A stretch of 64,000 nucleotides of DNA. It comes from Candidatus Gottesmanbacteria bacterium (GTDB taxonomy: Bacteria; Patescibacteriota; Microgenomatia; UBA10105; UBA927). The notes under the pieces are model-generated. The model had not been told where the DNA came from and searched no databases. It saw only the letters and a list, made by a program, of their open reading frames with translations. This document shows, piece after piece, positions 1 to 8,489 of the stretch. The DNA lies in NCBI GenBank assembly GCA_963790805.1, contig CAWBPL010000002.1, positions 384,696 to 448,695 on the forward strand, in the 5' to 3' direction. The first letter of the stretch is position 1; each line of letters opens with the position of its first letter. The position numbers and the translations under genes are program-made.

Positions 1-1458
1 GACTACGCGAAAAACCACAACTATACAATAGTTGGTATTTTCCGCGAGGAAGGTATATCCGGAGGCGTTATAGAAAGACCTCAAATGCAAAGGCTTCTTA
101 TTAGGCTTGAAGACTATAAAGATGAGTCTGATAAAACCATCGTCATCATTGACGACATCAAAAGACTAGCGCGAGACGTTCAGGGGCATTTTATACTGCG
201 TACGGCTATCAACTCCAGAAACGGAGATTTGGAAAGCCCGAGTCACCGGTTTGAAGATTCGCCGGAGGGAAAATTTGTGGAAACGGTGCTTGCCGGCGCT
301 GCAGAACTAGAACGGAATCAAAATAAACAACAGGTAATGAACCGCATGAAGGCTCGTGCGGAAATGGGACACTGGCCTTTCTGTCTTCCGCCTGGACTGA
401 AAAATCAAAAAAATCCAGTTCACGGAAAAGTCGCCCAACGAGACGAACCAATCGCCACTATCTTCAAATCCGCGATTGAAGGTTACCGAGACCGTATCCT
501 TCTTACACAACAAGACGTCATTTCATTTATACAAAACCAATACGAAAAGCAGGGAGTCAATCGCAAAATCTCACTACATGGAGTACAAAGTCTACTCACT
601 GAAATCCTTTACACGGGCTATATTGAATATCCGAAATGGAACATCTCCAGAAGAAAAGGTACCCATGACGGGTTCATCTCTTTGGAAACGTTTGAGGAGG
701 TACAAAAAATTCTCAACGATCGTACGAAGCCGAAAGTTCGCCGAGATACCAGCTCTAATTTTTCTTTAAGAGGACTTGTTCTTTGCTCTTTATGTCATAC
801 CCCTCTTACCGCGAGCCTCCATCACGGACGTAAAGGACAACTCTACCCCCACTATTTTTGCAGGAAACCGGGGTGTGAATTGAAAGACAAATCAGTACGC
901 AAGAAGGATCTTGAAAGTAGCTTCCTCGCCTATTTGGGATCAATAAAATTAGGAAAACCTGTGGCTAACCTCGCTTTGGCGGTTCTAACCGACGTATGGG
1001 ACCAACAACAAGCGCAACTTATCGAGGAACAACGCACAACTGAGTCCAAGAGGCAGGAAACCGAGCAAGCGATCTTTACGGTAAATACTCTCATCAGAAA
1101 AACAACCAACGAAAAACTTATACGGAACTATGAGAATGAACTTATAAGGCTACAGGAACAGAAAGAAAACCTGGAGAATACTAATATACCCACACACCAT
1201 ACTAAAGAACAATTTGGAACCGCTTCAGAGAAGGTGTTAAGCATTCTAGAAAATCCCGCCGATACGTGGCAAACCGGGGATTTGAACGACAGGTTAGCCG
1301 TCTATTTCATGCATTTTGACCAAAAACCGTCCTACGACCGAAACTTGGGATTTGGAACCGCTACTTTGGCGCAACCTGTAGCCATGATTCGCTCTTTGGG
1401 GAGCGAAAAAATACACAGTGTGGAGATGCCGGGTAATGAGCCCGGGTCCGAAAGTTAA
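1..1458 (+). CDS. Large serine recombinase (integrase type), 5' end cut by window edge
   Basis: Frame 1 is open from base 1 (DYAKNHNYTIVGIFREEGISGG...), so the ORF-track Met at 85 is internal. It has the C-terminal half of a resolvase catalytic domain (IVIIDDIKRLARD) and a recombinase domain (GHWPFCLPPGL...LYTGYIEYP). A Cys-pair zinc-ribbon-like motif (CSLCHTPL...YFCRKPGC) and a C-terminal coiled-coil stretch follow. Confidence 0.85.
   Translation, partial: DYAKNHNYTIVGIFREEGISGGVIERPQMQRLLIRLEDYKDESDKTIVIIDDIKRLARDVQGHFILRTAINSRNGDLESPSHRFEDSPEGKFVETVLAGAAELERNQNKQQVMNRMKARAEMGHWPFCLPPGLKNQKNPVHGKVAQRDEPIATIFKSAIEGYRDRILLTQQDVISFIQNQYEKQGVNRKISLHGVQSLLTEILYTGYIEYPKWNISRRKGTHDGFISLETFEEVQKILNDRTKPKVRRDTSSNFSLRGLVLCSLCHTPLTASLHHGRKGQLYPHYFCRKPGCELKDKSVRKKDLESSFLAYLGSIKLGKPVANLALAVLTDVWDQQQAQLIEEQRTTESKRQETEQAIFTVNTLIRKTTNEKLIRNYENELIRLQEQKENLENTNIPTHHTKEQFGTASEKVLSILENPADTWQTGDLNDRLAVYFMHFDQKPSYDRNLGFGTATLAQPVAMIRSLGSEKIHSVEMPGNEPGSES
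1..1458. mobile_element. Right-hand end of an integrated element docked at the tmRNA gene (extent to the left unknown)
   Basis: The recombinase gene abuts and overlaps the 3' end of ssrA, a classic island integration site. The element boundary should lie near 1421-1460. No second att copy is visible inside the window. Confidence 0.45.
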
Positions 1459-1832
1459 CATCAAAAACGTCTACAAGCGTAGTCCGTATAATTTCCCGCC
1501 AACCTCAATACGGACAAAATAATCAGCGGGAGTTTGACCAAAATTGCTCCGAGATCAACCGGTCACATTGATCTCTGACGTCCCGGCTGTTTTTCCACCT
1601 GACACCATTCACCGAGAAGAAATATGTATCAGATGCCGCTTAAACTTCTGCGAATGCAAACGTTCGTTGCGGAGAAATTCCGAGCATCTCTTGAATTGCT
1701 CCAAGTTCAGCAAGGAGTTCCTGTTTGCGTGATGTTATATCAGCAAATATGATTTGATAACGTTTTACGGCTCTTTTATCATCGCCGGCTTGCAGTTTTT
1801 AATGTACGACTCTCGTCGAATCATTCATCCCC
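1421..1832 (-). ncRNA. ssrA: tmRNA (SsrA)
   Basis: On the minus strand it starts GGGGATGAATGATTCGACGAGAG, the conserved tmRNA 5' motif. It ends GGACTACGCTTGTAGACG...TTTCGGACCCGGGCTCATTACCCGGCATCTCCA. The acceptor stem GGGGATG/CATCTCC carries a G3:U70 pair, and the T-arm is CCGGG-CTCATTA-CCCGG. It sits 2 nt downstream of the smpB stop. Length is 412 nt. CCA is not encoded. Confidence 0.85.
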
Positions 1833-1834
1833 AT

Positions 1835-2278
1835 TTATTTTACTTTTCCCCTGAATTCGCGTTCCAATTCCCTCTTCTGATCCTCTCGCCTCTTCGCTTC
1901 ACGTTTCTCGTACTGCTTTTTCCCTTTCGCAAGACCGATTTCCAGCTTGACAAGAGGCCCCTTAGTATACCAAGAGACGGGTATAAGGGTCAAATTGGCG
2001 CCTTCTATCCTACTTTTTAGGCTAAGGAGCTCCTTTTTATGCATCAAAAGCTTTCGTGTCCGCCTCGGATCGTAGCCTTCAGGACGGGCATAAATAAAGG
2101 GAAATATCTGTGCATTCACTAAATATGCCTCAGATCCGATAATTCGCACAAATGAGCCATCGAGCTTCGCGTGACCGCCTTTGAGCGATTTCACCTCAGC
2201 GCCGGTTAACTGGATACCCGATTCAATGCGCTCAAGAATCGTGTAATCATGGAAAGCTTTTTTGTTTGCGATATTCAT
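1835..2278 (-). CDS. smpB: SsrA-binding protein SmpB
   Basis: The 147-aa product shows typical SmpB sequence (NKKAFHDYTILERIESGIQLTGAEVKSLK...LLMHKKELLSL...KGKKQYEKRE) with a basic C-terminal tail. Confidence 0.95.
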   Translation of the reverse strand: MNIANKKAFHDYTILERIESGIQLTGAEVKSLKGGHAKLDGSFVRIIGSEAYLVNAQIFPFIYARPEGYDPRRTRKLLMHKKELLSLKSRIEGANLTLIPVSWYTKGPLVKLEIGLAKGKKQYEKREAKRREDQKRELEREFRGKVK

Positions 2279-2311
2279 ACATTGCCCACAAATGGACAGC
2301 CCTATTGTACG

Positions 2312-4144
2312 CTATTTCAAATCGATGGAGTAGATTTTACCGCCCGCAAGAAGAAATATTTTTTTCGCTTGCTCTGATACGGTTAACGCTGACGGGTTAA
2401 ACTTTTGGCTCCACTGATACTGAGCAAGATACGTACCGTCCTTATCCAGCACGACCACCCGATTGTTTTGGTTATCCAATACGTAGACATTATTGACACT
2501 ATCGCTTGTGTAAACCCGAAGATCCAATCCAAACGCAGGGGTCACCCCATGGGAAACGTATGGATTATCTCTTCCCTGCGTAAAACGAAGAATTTTCCCG
2601 TCCGTCGTCCCTATCCAAACCGATCCATCAATCGACATACCCGTCGCCCTTGATAGATCGGGAAGCGTATCAGAATTCAGATATTCATTGATAGTTGAAA
2701 ATCCGCTATCGGTAGCAACATATTTCCAAATTCTTCCTTTTTCCGTATCAAGAATATACAGGTTGCCACCGAATGAAACGAGCGTTGTAACGACTCCCCA
2801 TGAATCATCTTTCGTCACAACACGTTTTGAACTGCCGGTCGTTTCAGAAAATCCAATGACCCCATCACTTGTCAGCGCATATGTACTATCGCCATGTATC
2901 GCTACCGATTCTATCTGTTTGACGTTCGCGCCACCCCCTATGACCTGTGCGTTTTTTGACGTGATATCTATTTGATATACGGTTGAAGTTAATTGATCTC
3001 CAATTGCGAGCGTATTGCCATCAAGATCCATACTTGTGGCCGTCGCTCCTTTTTTTACAAGACTCATGTCATAAAAAAGCGCCGGTGAAATTTTAATTAT
3101 TTGCATTGATTGCGTCAGGTTGTCGGTAATTTTACGATACAATGTTTGCATCTCGTATCCTTCGGTCGTCTGAGTAGATATAGTATGAATATAGGGATCC
3201 AGTAATTGTTTGGCATACGTCAATCGCTCCCTACTTTTCACAGAATCCAACGGAGATAAAGCAACCCCCTCATCAAGTGCGTGTTGCGCATCAGACAGAG
3301 CTGACATAATTTGTTGATTTTTCTTCGCCGTTGCTTGTTTCCAAACGCCTAACACAACACTTATGGCAAAAAGTGACGTAAGAAAAATTACAAACGCGGC
3401 TTTCATTCTCTTGGGGTTTTGACGAAGGGTGGTAATGTATCTTTTTACTCGCGGCAGAGAAATAACACCAGCCACGTGTTTTGTCCATTGTTTCAAATTA
3501 TTTTGAACGGGTTCAATGGTGCTTTTCTCTTGAAGTAATGGAGATTCTTTTTTCTCTTCAACAACTACCTCTTCTCGTAACTGATCCTCCTGAAGTTCTG
3601 ACGCCTCATACACCAATGCGACACTTCCCTCTCCACCCTTTTTTTCATGCAGAAGAAGTGTCAATTTTTCGGCAACCTCCGAAGGCGGGAGATGATCAAA
3701 CAATGTCGTTAACTCATCATGAGAAAGCACCTGCGAAAAACCGTGTGACACTAAAAGAAACGTATCACCTTCACGTATTTCTCCCGAAACGCCGCCATCA
3801 TCATGCATAAGACTCGCAAGCTCATTTCTCCGTTTCACAAATACCCCTGCCCGACCCCGTAAAACAACATACGCAACCCGACCAACCGGAACAAACAACA
3901 CAAGACTTTGCACGACACTATTTAGAATTTTATCTGCTATTTCTTCAACAACCTGAAGGCTTGACACATCTCGACTCAACAACTCACTTAATAAAGAAAG
4001 TATCTGAACTCCCCGCTGCTGCGCTTGCTCTTGAGGATCTAAAATTTCAATAATACCGTAGGCGGTCGGCGTCACCAAGACCTGTCCCCAATGGGTTCCA
4101 TCAACCGGTCCCACGGCAAGACCTATGGATGATTTTATCCGCAT
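2312..4144 (-). CDS. Membrane protein: N-terminal PP2C-like (possibly degenerate) domain, one TM helix, C-terminal NHL-like beta-propeller
   Basis: The N-terminal third resembles the PP2C/SpoIIE fold pattern (VDGTHWGQ..., AYVVLRGRAGVFVKRRNEL..., GDTFLLVSHGF..., GSVALVY). A TM segment (AAFVIFLTSLFAISVVLGVW) follows. Repeated NHL-like strands come next (VYVLDNQNNRVVVLDKDGTYLAQY, LYILDTEKGRIWKY). Confidence 0.5.
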   Translation of the reverse strand: MRIKSSIGLAVGPVDGTHWGQVLVTPTAYGIIEILDPQEQAQQRGVQILSLLSELLSRDVSSLQVVEEIADKILNSVVQSLVLFVPVGRVAYVVLRGRAGVFVKRRNELASLMHDDGGVSGEIREGDTFLLVSHGFSQVLSHDELTTLFDHLPPSEVAEKLTLLLHEKKGGEGSVALVYEASELQEDQLREEVVVEEKKESPLLQEKSTIEPVQNNLKQWTKHVAGVISLPRVKRYITTLRQNPKRMKAAFVIFLTSLFAISVVLGVWKQATAKKNQQIMSALSDAQHALDEGVALSPLDSVKSRERLTYAKQLLDPYIHTISTQTTEGYEMQTLYRKITDNLTQSMQIIKISPALFYDMSLVKKGATATSMDLDGNTLAIGDQLTSTVYQIDITSKNAQVIGGGANVKQIESVAIHGDSTYALTSDGVIGFSETTGSSKRVVTKDDSWGVVTTLVSFGGNLYILDTEKGRIWKYVATDSGFSTINEYLNSDTLPDLSRATGMSIDGSVWIGTTDGKILRFTQGRDNPYVSHGVTPAFGLDLRVYTSDSVNNVYVLDNQNNRVVVLDKDGTYLAQYQWSQKFNPSALTVSEQAKKIFLLAGGKIYSIDLK

Positions 4145-4154
4145 ATAATTATCT

Positions 4155-4216
4155 TATCACGAAGGGGGTGAGTATCACGCGCGAAGAGGGTGAATATCAC
4201 GCACAAAGGGGTTAGA
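4155..4216. repeat. Three imperfect tandem direct repeats (TATCACG[CRCR]AAGRGGGTKAR) upstream of the 2312-4144 gene
   Basis: The copies are tatcacgaagggggtgag (4155-4172), tatcacgcgcgaagagggtgaa (4173-4194) and tatcacgcacaaaggggttaga (4195-4216). They lie 11-72 nt upstream of the start codon at 4144. The last copy overlaps the stop of the upstream small gene. Confidence 0.6.
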
Positions 4217-4433
4217 GAAGAATGAGCGCAAGAAAAAAAAGAAAAATAATAAGAGCAAGATGAACGTAGGTAAGAACTCGCAGAACCGGTTCAAACCCTT
4301 CTTCCAATACATGCGCCATCGTACTTTCCTGCCGAACCATGACTCCGGCAAATACAATATACACCGCGATACCAAGTAGTGTAAAAAGTTTTAAGATAAG
4401 CCACGCTTCTGGTGGAATCGTAACAGGTATCAT
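4212..4433 (-). CDS. Small two-TM membrane protein (function unknown)
   Basis: The 73-aa product has two hydrophobic helices. Its start overlaps the stop of the upstream gene by 4 nt (ATGA), which suggests translational coupling. Confidence 0.45.
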   Translation of the reverse strand: MIPVTIPPEAWLILKLFTLLGIAVYIVFAGVMVRQESTMAHVLEEGFEPVLRVLTYVHLALIIFLFFLALILL

Positions 4434-5086
4434 AGTGAATCCCCGCCTTTTTCTGTAAGAGACCGAATGGTTTCTACAACGCGTTCAGGATGAGGCACCT
4501 TCTCAAACACCAAATTTGGGGCTTCCCCCGCGGTTTCTATAATGACATCACCATAATCAAAAATAGCAGCAAAAATACCGCCGGCGTCAAATGATATATC
4601 CTGAATCTTGTTCAGCTCCGCCTCGGCAAAATGCTTATAGAGAAGATAATAAAAATCAATATCCACTATTCGCTCATTGGTGACAATGTAAATATTAATA
4701 AACCAACCCAGTAATTTTGCAAGCACAAATCCGAATGTTGCAATATACCAAAGGGCCGTGCCGATAAAAATATACCCGCTCGGTAACGGGAGTGAAATCC
4801 GAATAATAGTAAATAATATAGGAAATAAGAGAGTAGGCGCAATGGCAAGGACTATGGCAATAAGTACCCATGGAACATTGACAATAACGTGTTGACGCAA
4901 AAAGAGAACAACGGTTTCCTGTTCTTCCTGCGTTTCAAACCTAACCCCCTCGGGATTCATGGCAAAACTCGTCAACGGCCCCATTTCCCCTTGAACGCCG
5001 CTTGTAGCCGGCTTGGGGGTCGGACTATTTGTCATCGTCCCACTTTTTGGTGGAGCGCTGGATGAAGAATCAAAGATCGTTGGCAC
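4430..5086 (-). CDS. Membrane protein with bacterial PH (YdbS/YdbT-like, bPH_2) domain
   Basis: It has a Pro/Ser-rich N-terminus and two long TM helices. The C-terminal region (NERIVDIDFYYLL...ISFDAGGIFAAIFDYGDVIIETAG) is typical of bPH_2/DUF304 proteins. Confidence 0.55.
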   Translation of the reverse strand: MPTIFDSSSSAPPKSGTMTNSPTPKPATSGVQGEMGPLTSFAMNPEGVRFETQEEQETVVLFLRQHVIVNVPWVLIAIVLAIAPTLLFPILFTIIRISLPLPSGYIFIGTALWYIATFGFVLAKLLGWFINIYIVTNERIVDIDFYYLLYKHFAEAELNKIQDISFDAGGIFAAIFDYGDVIIETAGEAPNLVFEKVPHPERVVETIRSLTEKGGDSL

Positions 5087-5107
5087 ACCGGTATTGTACT
5101 AAAGTGA

Positions 5108-6907
5108 CTATCTTTTCTCAACGTTATATAAAGGACCAACAATTTGAATATTGGCGGGCGCCCGAAGATTAAAATATGTTTTAAAATCGTTTCCATCAAA
5201 CGTATTGGTTCCCCCGTCACCAGATACCGACACGGTGGTCACCTGACCCGTACCCGTATTAAAGCTGATTGATACATCGCTTACTGATGTATACGGCGTT
5301 ATACCGCGGGACGACAACTCAGAGTGCACACAACCCGCATCCCACGTATCAACACCGTCGGGATTTGCCTTGTCTGTTTGAACCAGATGCTGTTGGGTAG
5401 AATTATCCCGTTTAGCCAATAGCAATACGTTGACGATATCGGCAACTTCTTCGGGCTTCAACCACGCAGTTCCGCCATAGGAACTTCTTCCTCCCCAGTC
5501 ACAATAAAACCATGGACTATTTTTGTCATACGCATTACTTCTCAAGTCTGAAAAACTTGAAACAGAACCGCTGGGAGTATCTATCATGCGCTTGGTGTAT
5601 GAAGTCGCTGACCATCCCTGCAAATCACCAGTATTATACGCGTACCCTCCGTGCGTTGAAGAAAAAAATGCTTTAATGGGATTACCACCCTGAACCATTA
5701 TTTGCGTTCCGGTATCATCAACTGCCTGATTCCAAGCTCCTCCTTTTTCCCCCGACTGAAACACCTGACAATATTGATTTGCACAGATCGACATGCTGCC
5801 GTTATTCGTGGTCGCCAAAACATATGAACGAATTGCAATTACCTGCGCCTTTAACGATTCGGCTGGCCAATCGATCGGAACTTCATATATTCGTTTCACA
5901 TAATCGTTCAATTTTCCGCTCCAGATGATGTTTCCCTGATTGACGCTATTACTGTCGTTCACTTTGATGGTTATATTAGAGTCAGCGCTCTGATACCCAT
6001 CAAAATTATAGTACGCGTGAAGAATAGAATCGGCGTTCTGACCTGCTTGCGCTCTTCCCAGCGCTCCATATTGATTTAACCCTACACGGTTGGGAACTCC
6101 AAACGTAAAAAACCCATATCCTCCACCAAACCCAGGATCTTTCCCGTTGGTTAAATCACTTGAGCACCCGCCACCACTTACAGCAAAAAGAGGGATTCCC
6201 AAACCCGCTAATTTTTCATTTAAAAACTCCTGCTGTCGAGCAGTAATCGCGGCAAGATATCCTTGAAGCTTCGATTCATACGCATTCACCTGATCGATAA
6301 GTTTTTGCACCTGCTGGGCCCGGCGGTCTGTATCTGCTTTCAGACTTGCAAGAGACGCTTTCTCATCTTCCAATGCCTTTTTGCGGTCTTCAAGATCTTT
6401 TACGCTCAACGCTGTTTGGGTAATCACCCGTTTATCTTCGTTCACTGCGGCTTGCTGATAGCCGATGGTTCGAAGAACCGAACCGATATCAACGGAAGAA
6501 AGAAGCAAATACATCGGGTTTGTCATAAAACTTCTGATATAAAACTGTCGTATTCGAACACTTGCAAGGGCGAGAGATGCCGAAAGACTCGTATCAAGTA
6601 CGGTAATTTCTTGAGTTTTGTTACTAACGTCGGCTTCAATGGTTTTAATGCGCGCTTCAAATGCGGCAATGGAACGGTTCATCTGGTCCAACTCGTCACG
6701 ACTGGGTTTTGCGGCTTTTTCAACATTGGCATATGCGTCATCGCACTTTGCACTAATAATCGTCAACTCATCACTATTGCACTGTTCAAGTTTGTCGGGA
6801 GTAACATTATCACAATTGAGATCGCACGCTTTCACGCGTTGCAGCACAATCCCACCCAACAAAACAAGAATACAGAGAGTAATGAATTTTTGTGCTTTGT
6901 TATACAT
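5108..6907 (-). CDS. SpoIID/LytB-domain peptidoglycan-remodelling protein with N-terminal coiled coil
   Basis: It has a signal/TM N-terminus and a coiled coil of about 200 aa. SpoIID-like motifs follow (LKAQVIAIRSYVLA, CANQYCQVFQSGEKG, IKAFFSSTHGGYAYN). Confidence 0.75.
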   Translation of the reverse strand: MYNKAQKFITLCILVLLGGIVLQRVKACDLNCDNVTPDKLEQCNSDELTIISAKCDDAYANVEKAAKPSRDELDQMNRSIAAFEARIKTIEADVSNKTQEITVLDTSLSASLALASVRIRQFYIRSFMTNPMYLLLSSVDIGSVLRTIGYQQAAVNEDKRVITQTALSVKDLEDRKKALEDEKASLASLKADTDRRAQQVQKLIDQVNAYESKLQGYLAAITARQQEFLNEKLAGLGIPLFAVSGGGCSSDLTNGKDPGFGGGYGFFTFGVPNRVGLNQYGALGRAQAGQNADSILHAYYNFDGYQSADSNITIKVNDSNSVNQGNIIWSGKLNDYVKRIYEVPIDWPAESLKAQVIAIRSYVLATTNNGSMSICANQYCQVFQSGEKGGAWNQAVDDTGTQIMVQGGNPIKAFFSSTHGGYAYNTGDLQGWSATSYTKRMIDTPSGSVSSFSDLRSNAYDKNSPWFYCDWGGRSSYGGTAWLKPEEVADIVNVLLLAKRDNSTQQHLVQTDKANPDGVDTWDAGCVHSELSSRGITPYTSVSDVSISFNTGTGQVTTVSVSGDGGTNTFDGNDFKTYFNLRAPANIQIVGPLYNVEKR

Positions 6908-6979
6908 AAAACGTTACCCGTGATGTCTTTTCATTGTATCATTCTTTATTTTCATAGAGTGCTTTGATACACTGTATTC

Positions 6980-7441
6980 ATGAGATATATGGATCTGGTG
7001 GGACGAATACTCATTGTTTTGATGCTTTGTATGTTTGCCGTTAATGTTGTGCATGCTGATACACCGGCTCCGGCAACAGGAAAATTCAGCGAGGATTTTA
7101 TCGGGGCGTGTAATTATGCGGGAGCAAAATATAATGACTGTAAAACCTGTGCCCAAGGAAACGGTGTGTGGACGGCGTTCGGTTGTGTACACCCCAACGG
7201 CGGGTCCATGTTTAACGTTATATTCCCAATTTTTATGGGCATGGCCGGAGGCATAGCATTTCTTCTTATCCTTTTTGGCGGGTTTCAGATTCTCATGAGC
7301 GCAGGGAATCCAGAAAAAATGAATGAGGGCCGCGAGCTTATTACCTCCGCAATTGCCGGACTTTTACTTATTATATTCTCAGTTTTTATATTACGGCTGG
7401 TCGGATACGATATTTTGCGTATTCCCGGCTTTCAACCATAA
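6980..7441 (+). CDS. VirB2/TrbC-like T4SS pilin-family protein with Sec signal peptide and Cys-rich N-domain
   Basis: It carries a signal-like N-terminus (LIVLMLCMFAVNVVHA|DTP) and a 5-Cys segment (GACNYAGAKYNDCKTCAQG...FGC). The shared pilin core follows: TM1-GGFQILMSAGNPEKMNEGRELITSAIAGLLLII-TM2. Confidence 0.65.
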   Translation: MRYMDLVGRILIVLMLCMFAVNVVHADTPAPATGKFSEDFIGACNYAGAKYNDCKTCAQGNGVWTAFGCVHPNGGSMFNVIFPIFMGMAGGIAFLLILFGGFQILMSAGNPEKMNEGRELITSAIAGLLLIIFSVFILRLVGYDILRIPGFQP

Positions 7442-7445
7442 TTTT

Positions 7446-7790
7446 ATGTACCACATACTGGCGCAGAATTTAACACTTCCCGGAGATAACTCGGCCATTT
7501 CTGGCCCCACCGGAATAAATGTTCTTCAGGATTCGAGTGGAAATATTACTCTTGGCAGCATCGTATCACGGGCACTTCCTTTAGTTCTTGCATTTTGTGG
7601 GGTATTTCTTCTTATCATGATCCTGTTTTCAGGATTTTCATATCTTACCAGTGCCGGAGATGAAAAAAAACTGGAACACGGGAAAAATCAACTTACGTAT
7701 GCTATTGTTGGTTTCATTATTATATTTACCGCATTCTGGCTCGTTCAAATACTCGAAACGATTTTCGGCTTGCCGACAATTTTTAAATAA
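7446..7790 (+). CDS. VirB2/TrbC-like T4SS pilin-family protein
   Basis: I use the in-frame ATG at 7446 (MYHILAQN...), because the ORF-track start at 7323 would overlap the preceding gene. Core motif: SGFSYLTSAGDEKKLEHGKNQLTYAIVGFIIIF. Confidence 0.65.
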   Translation: MYHILAQNLTLPGDNSAISGPTGINVLQDSSGNITLGSIVSRALPLVLAFCGVFLLIMILFSGFSYLTSAGDEKKLEHGKNQLTYAIVGFIIIFTAFWLVQILETIFGLPTIFK

Positions 7791-7794
7791 CTCC

Positions 7795-8484
7795 TCATCG
7801 ACCAAAACGCCGCTGCCGTAAATAGTAATCTGCAATAATTTCATCAAGCCGCTGGGGCGTAAAATCCGGCATAAACCACGGAGAAAAATATAACTCGCTA
7901 TATTCACTTTGCCAGAGTAAAAAACCGCTTAATCGCATTTCACCGCCCGTTCGGATAATAAGCTCTGGATCGGGAATCCCCGCCGTATCAAGATACTCAC
8001 TAAATTCTTTCTCAGTAATATCTCTCTTTTTATTGTGACCACATTTGTGCATGGCGCGTATAATTTCGTTTCTTCCGCCATAGTTTGCCGCAAATATGAC
8101 GGTAATTTTTGTATTATTTCGGGTGCGATCAATAAAATAATGAATCGATTTTTGAATGTCCGGCTCAAATTTTGATATATCCCCTATTGCCTTAATTCGA
8201 ATTCCCTTTTTATGCATTTTTTCTCCAAAATGTCCGAATCCCCACCGGAGAAGATTCATAATCCCTGTCACTTCTTCGTTATCGCGCCGCCAATTCTCGG
8301 TTGACCATGCCCATAGCGTTAAATACTGAACGCCGACGCTTGCTGCATGCTCGATAAGTTTTTCCAATACATTGGTAACAACCCGCCTGTGTCCTTCCGA
8401 TATCGGAAGATTATGCTCACGCGCCCACCGGCGGTTCCCGTCCATAATAATCGCTATATGTTTTGGTGCTTGTTGTGTTTTCAT
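7795..8484 (-). CDS. uppS: Undecaprenyl-diphosphate synthase (cis-isoprenyl transferase)
   Basis: Carries HIAIIMDGNRRWA, LTLWAWSTENWRR and RTGGEMRLSGFLLWQ. Confidence 0.93.
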   Translation of the reverse strand: MKTQQAPKHIAIIMDGNRRWAREHNLPISEGHRRVVTNVLEKLIEHAASVGVQYLTLWAWSTENWRRDNEEVTGIMNLLRWGFGHFGEKMHKKGIRIKAIGDISKFEPDIQKSIHYFIDRTRNNTKITVIFAANYGGRNEIIRAMHKCGHNKKRDITEKEFSEYLDTAGIPDPELIIRTGGEMRLSGFLLWQSEYSELYFSPWFMPDFTPQRLDEIIADYYLRQRRFGR

Positions 8485-8489
8485 AATTT

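Noticed and set aside
1421-1458. Stem-loop ccggg-taatgag-cccgg, first considered a tRNA fragment or att-site hairpin
   Set aside because: Read on the minus strand it is the T-arm plus 3' acceptor strand of the tmRNA tRNA-like domain. No separate tRNA (D-arm or anticodon arm) can be built around it.
1544-1732. 62-aa plus-strand ORF in the smpB-recombinase gap
   Set aside because: It lies entirely antisense to the tmRNA identified at 1421-1832. It has no start context or recognisable motif, so I treat it as a shadow ORF.
6263-6967. 234-aa plus-strand ORF, and the 101-aa ORF at 6618-6923
   Set aside because: They are antisense to the coiled-coil region of the SpoIID-like gene. The reverse complement of Lys/Glu/Ala-rich heptads gives long stop-free frames by chance.
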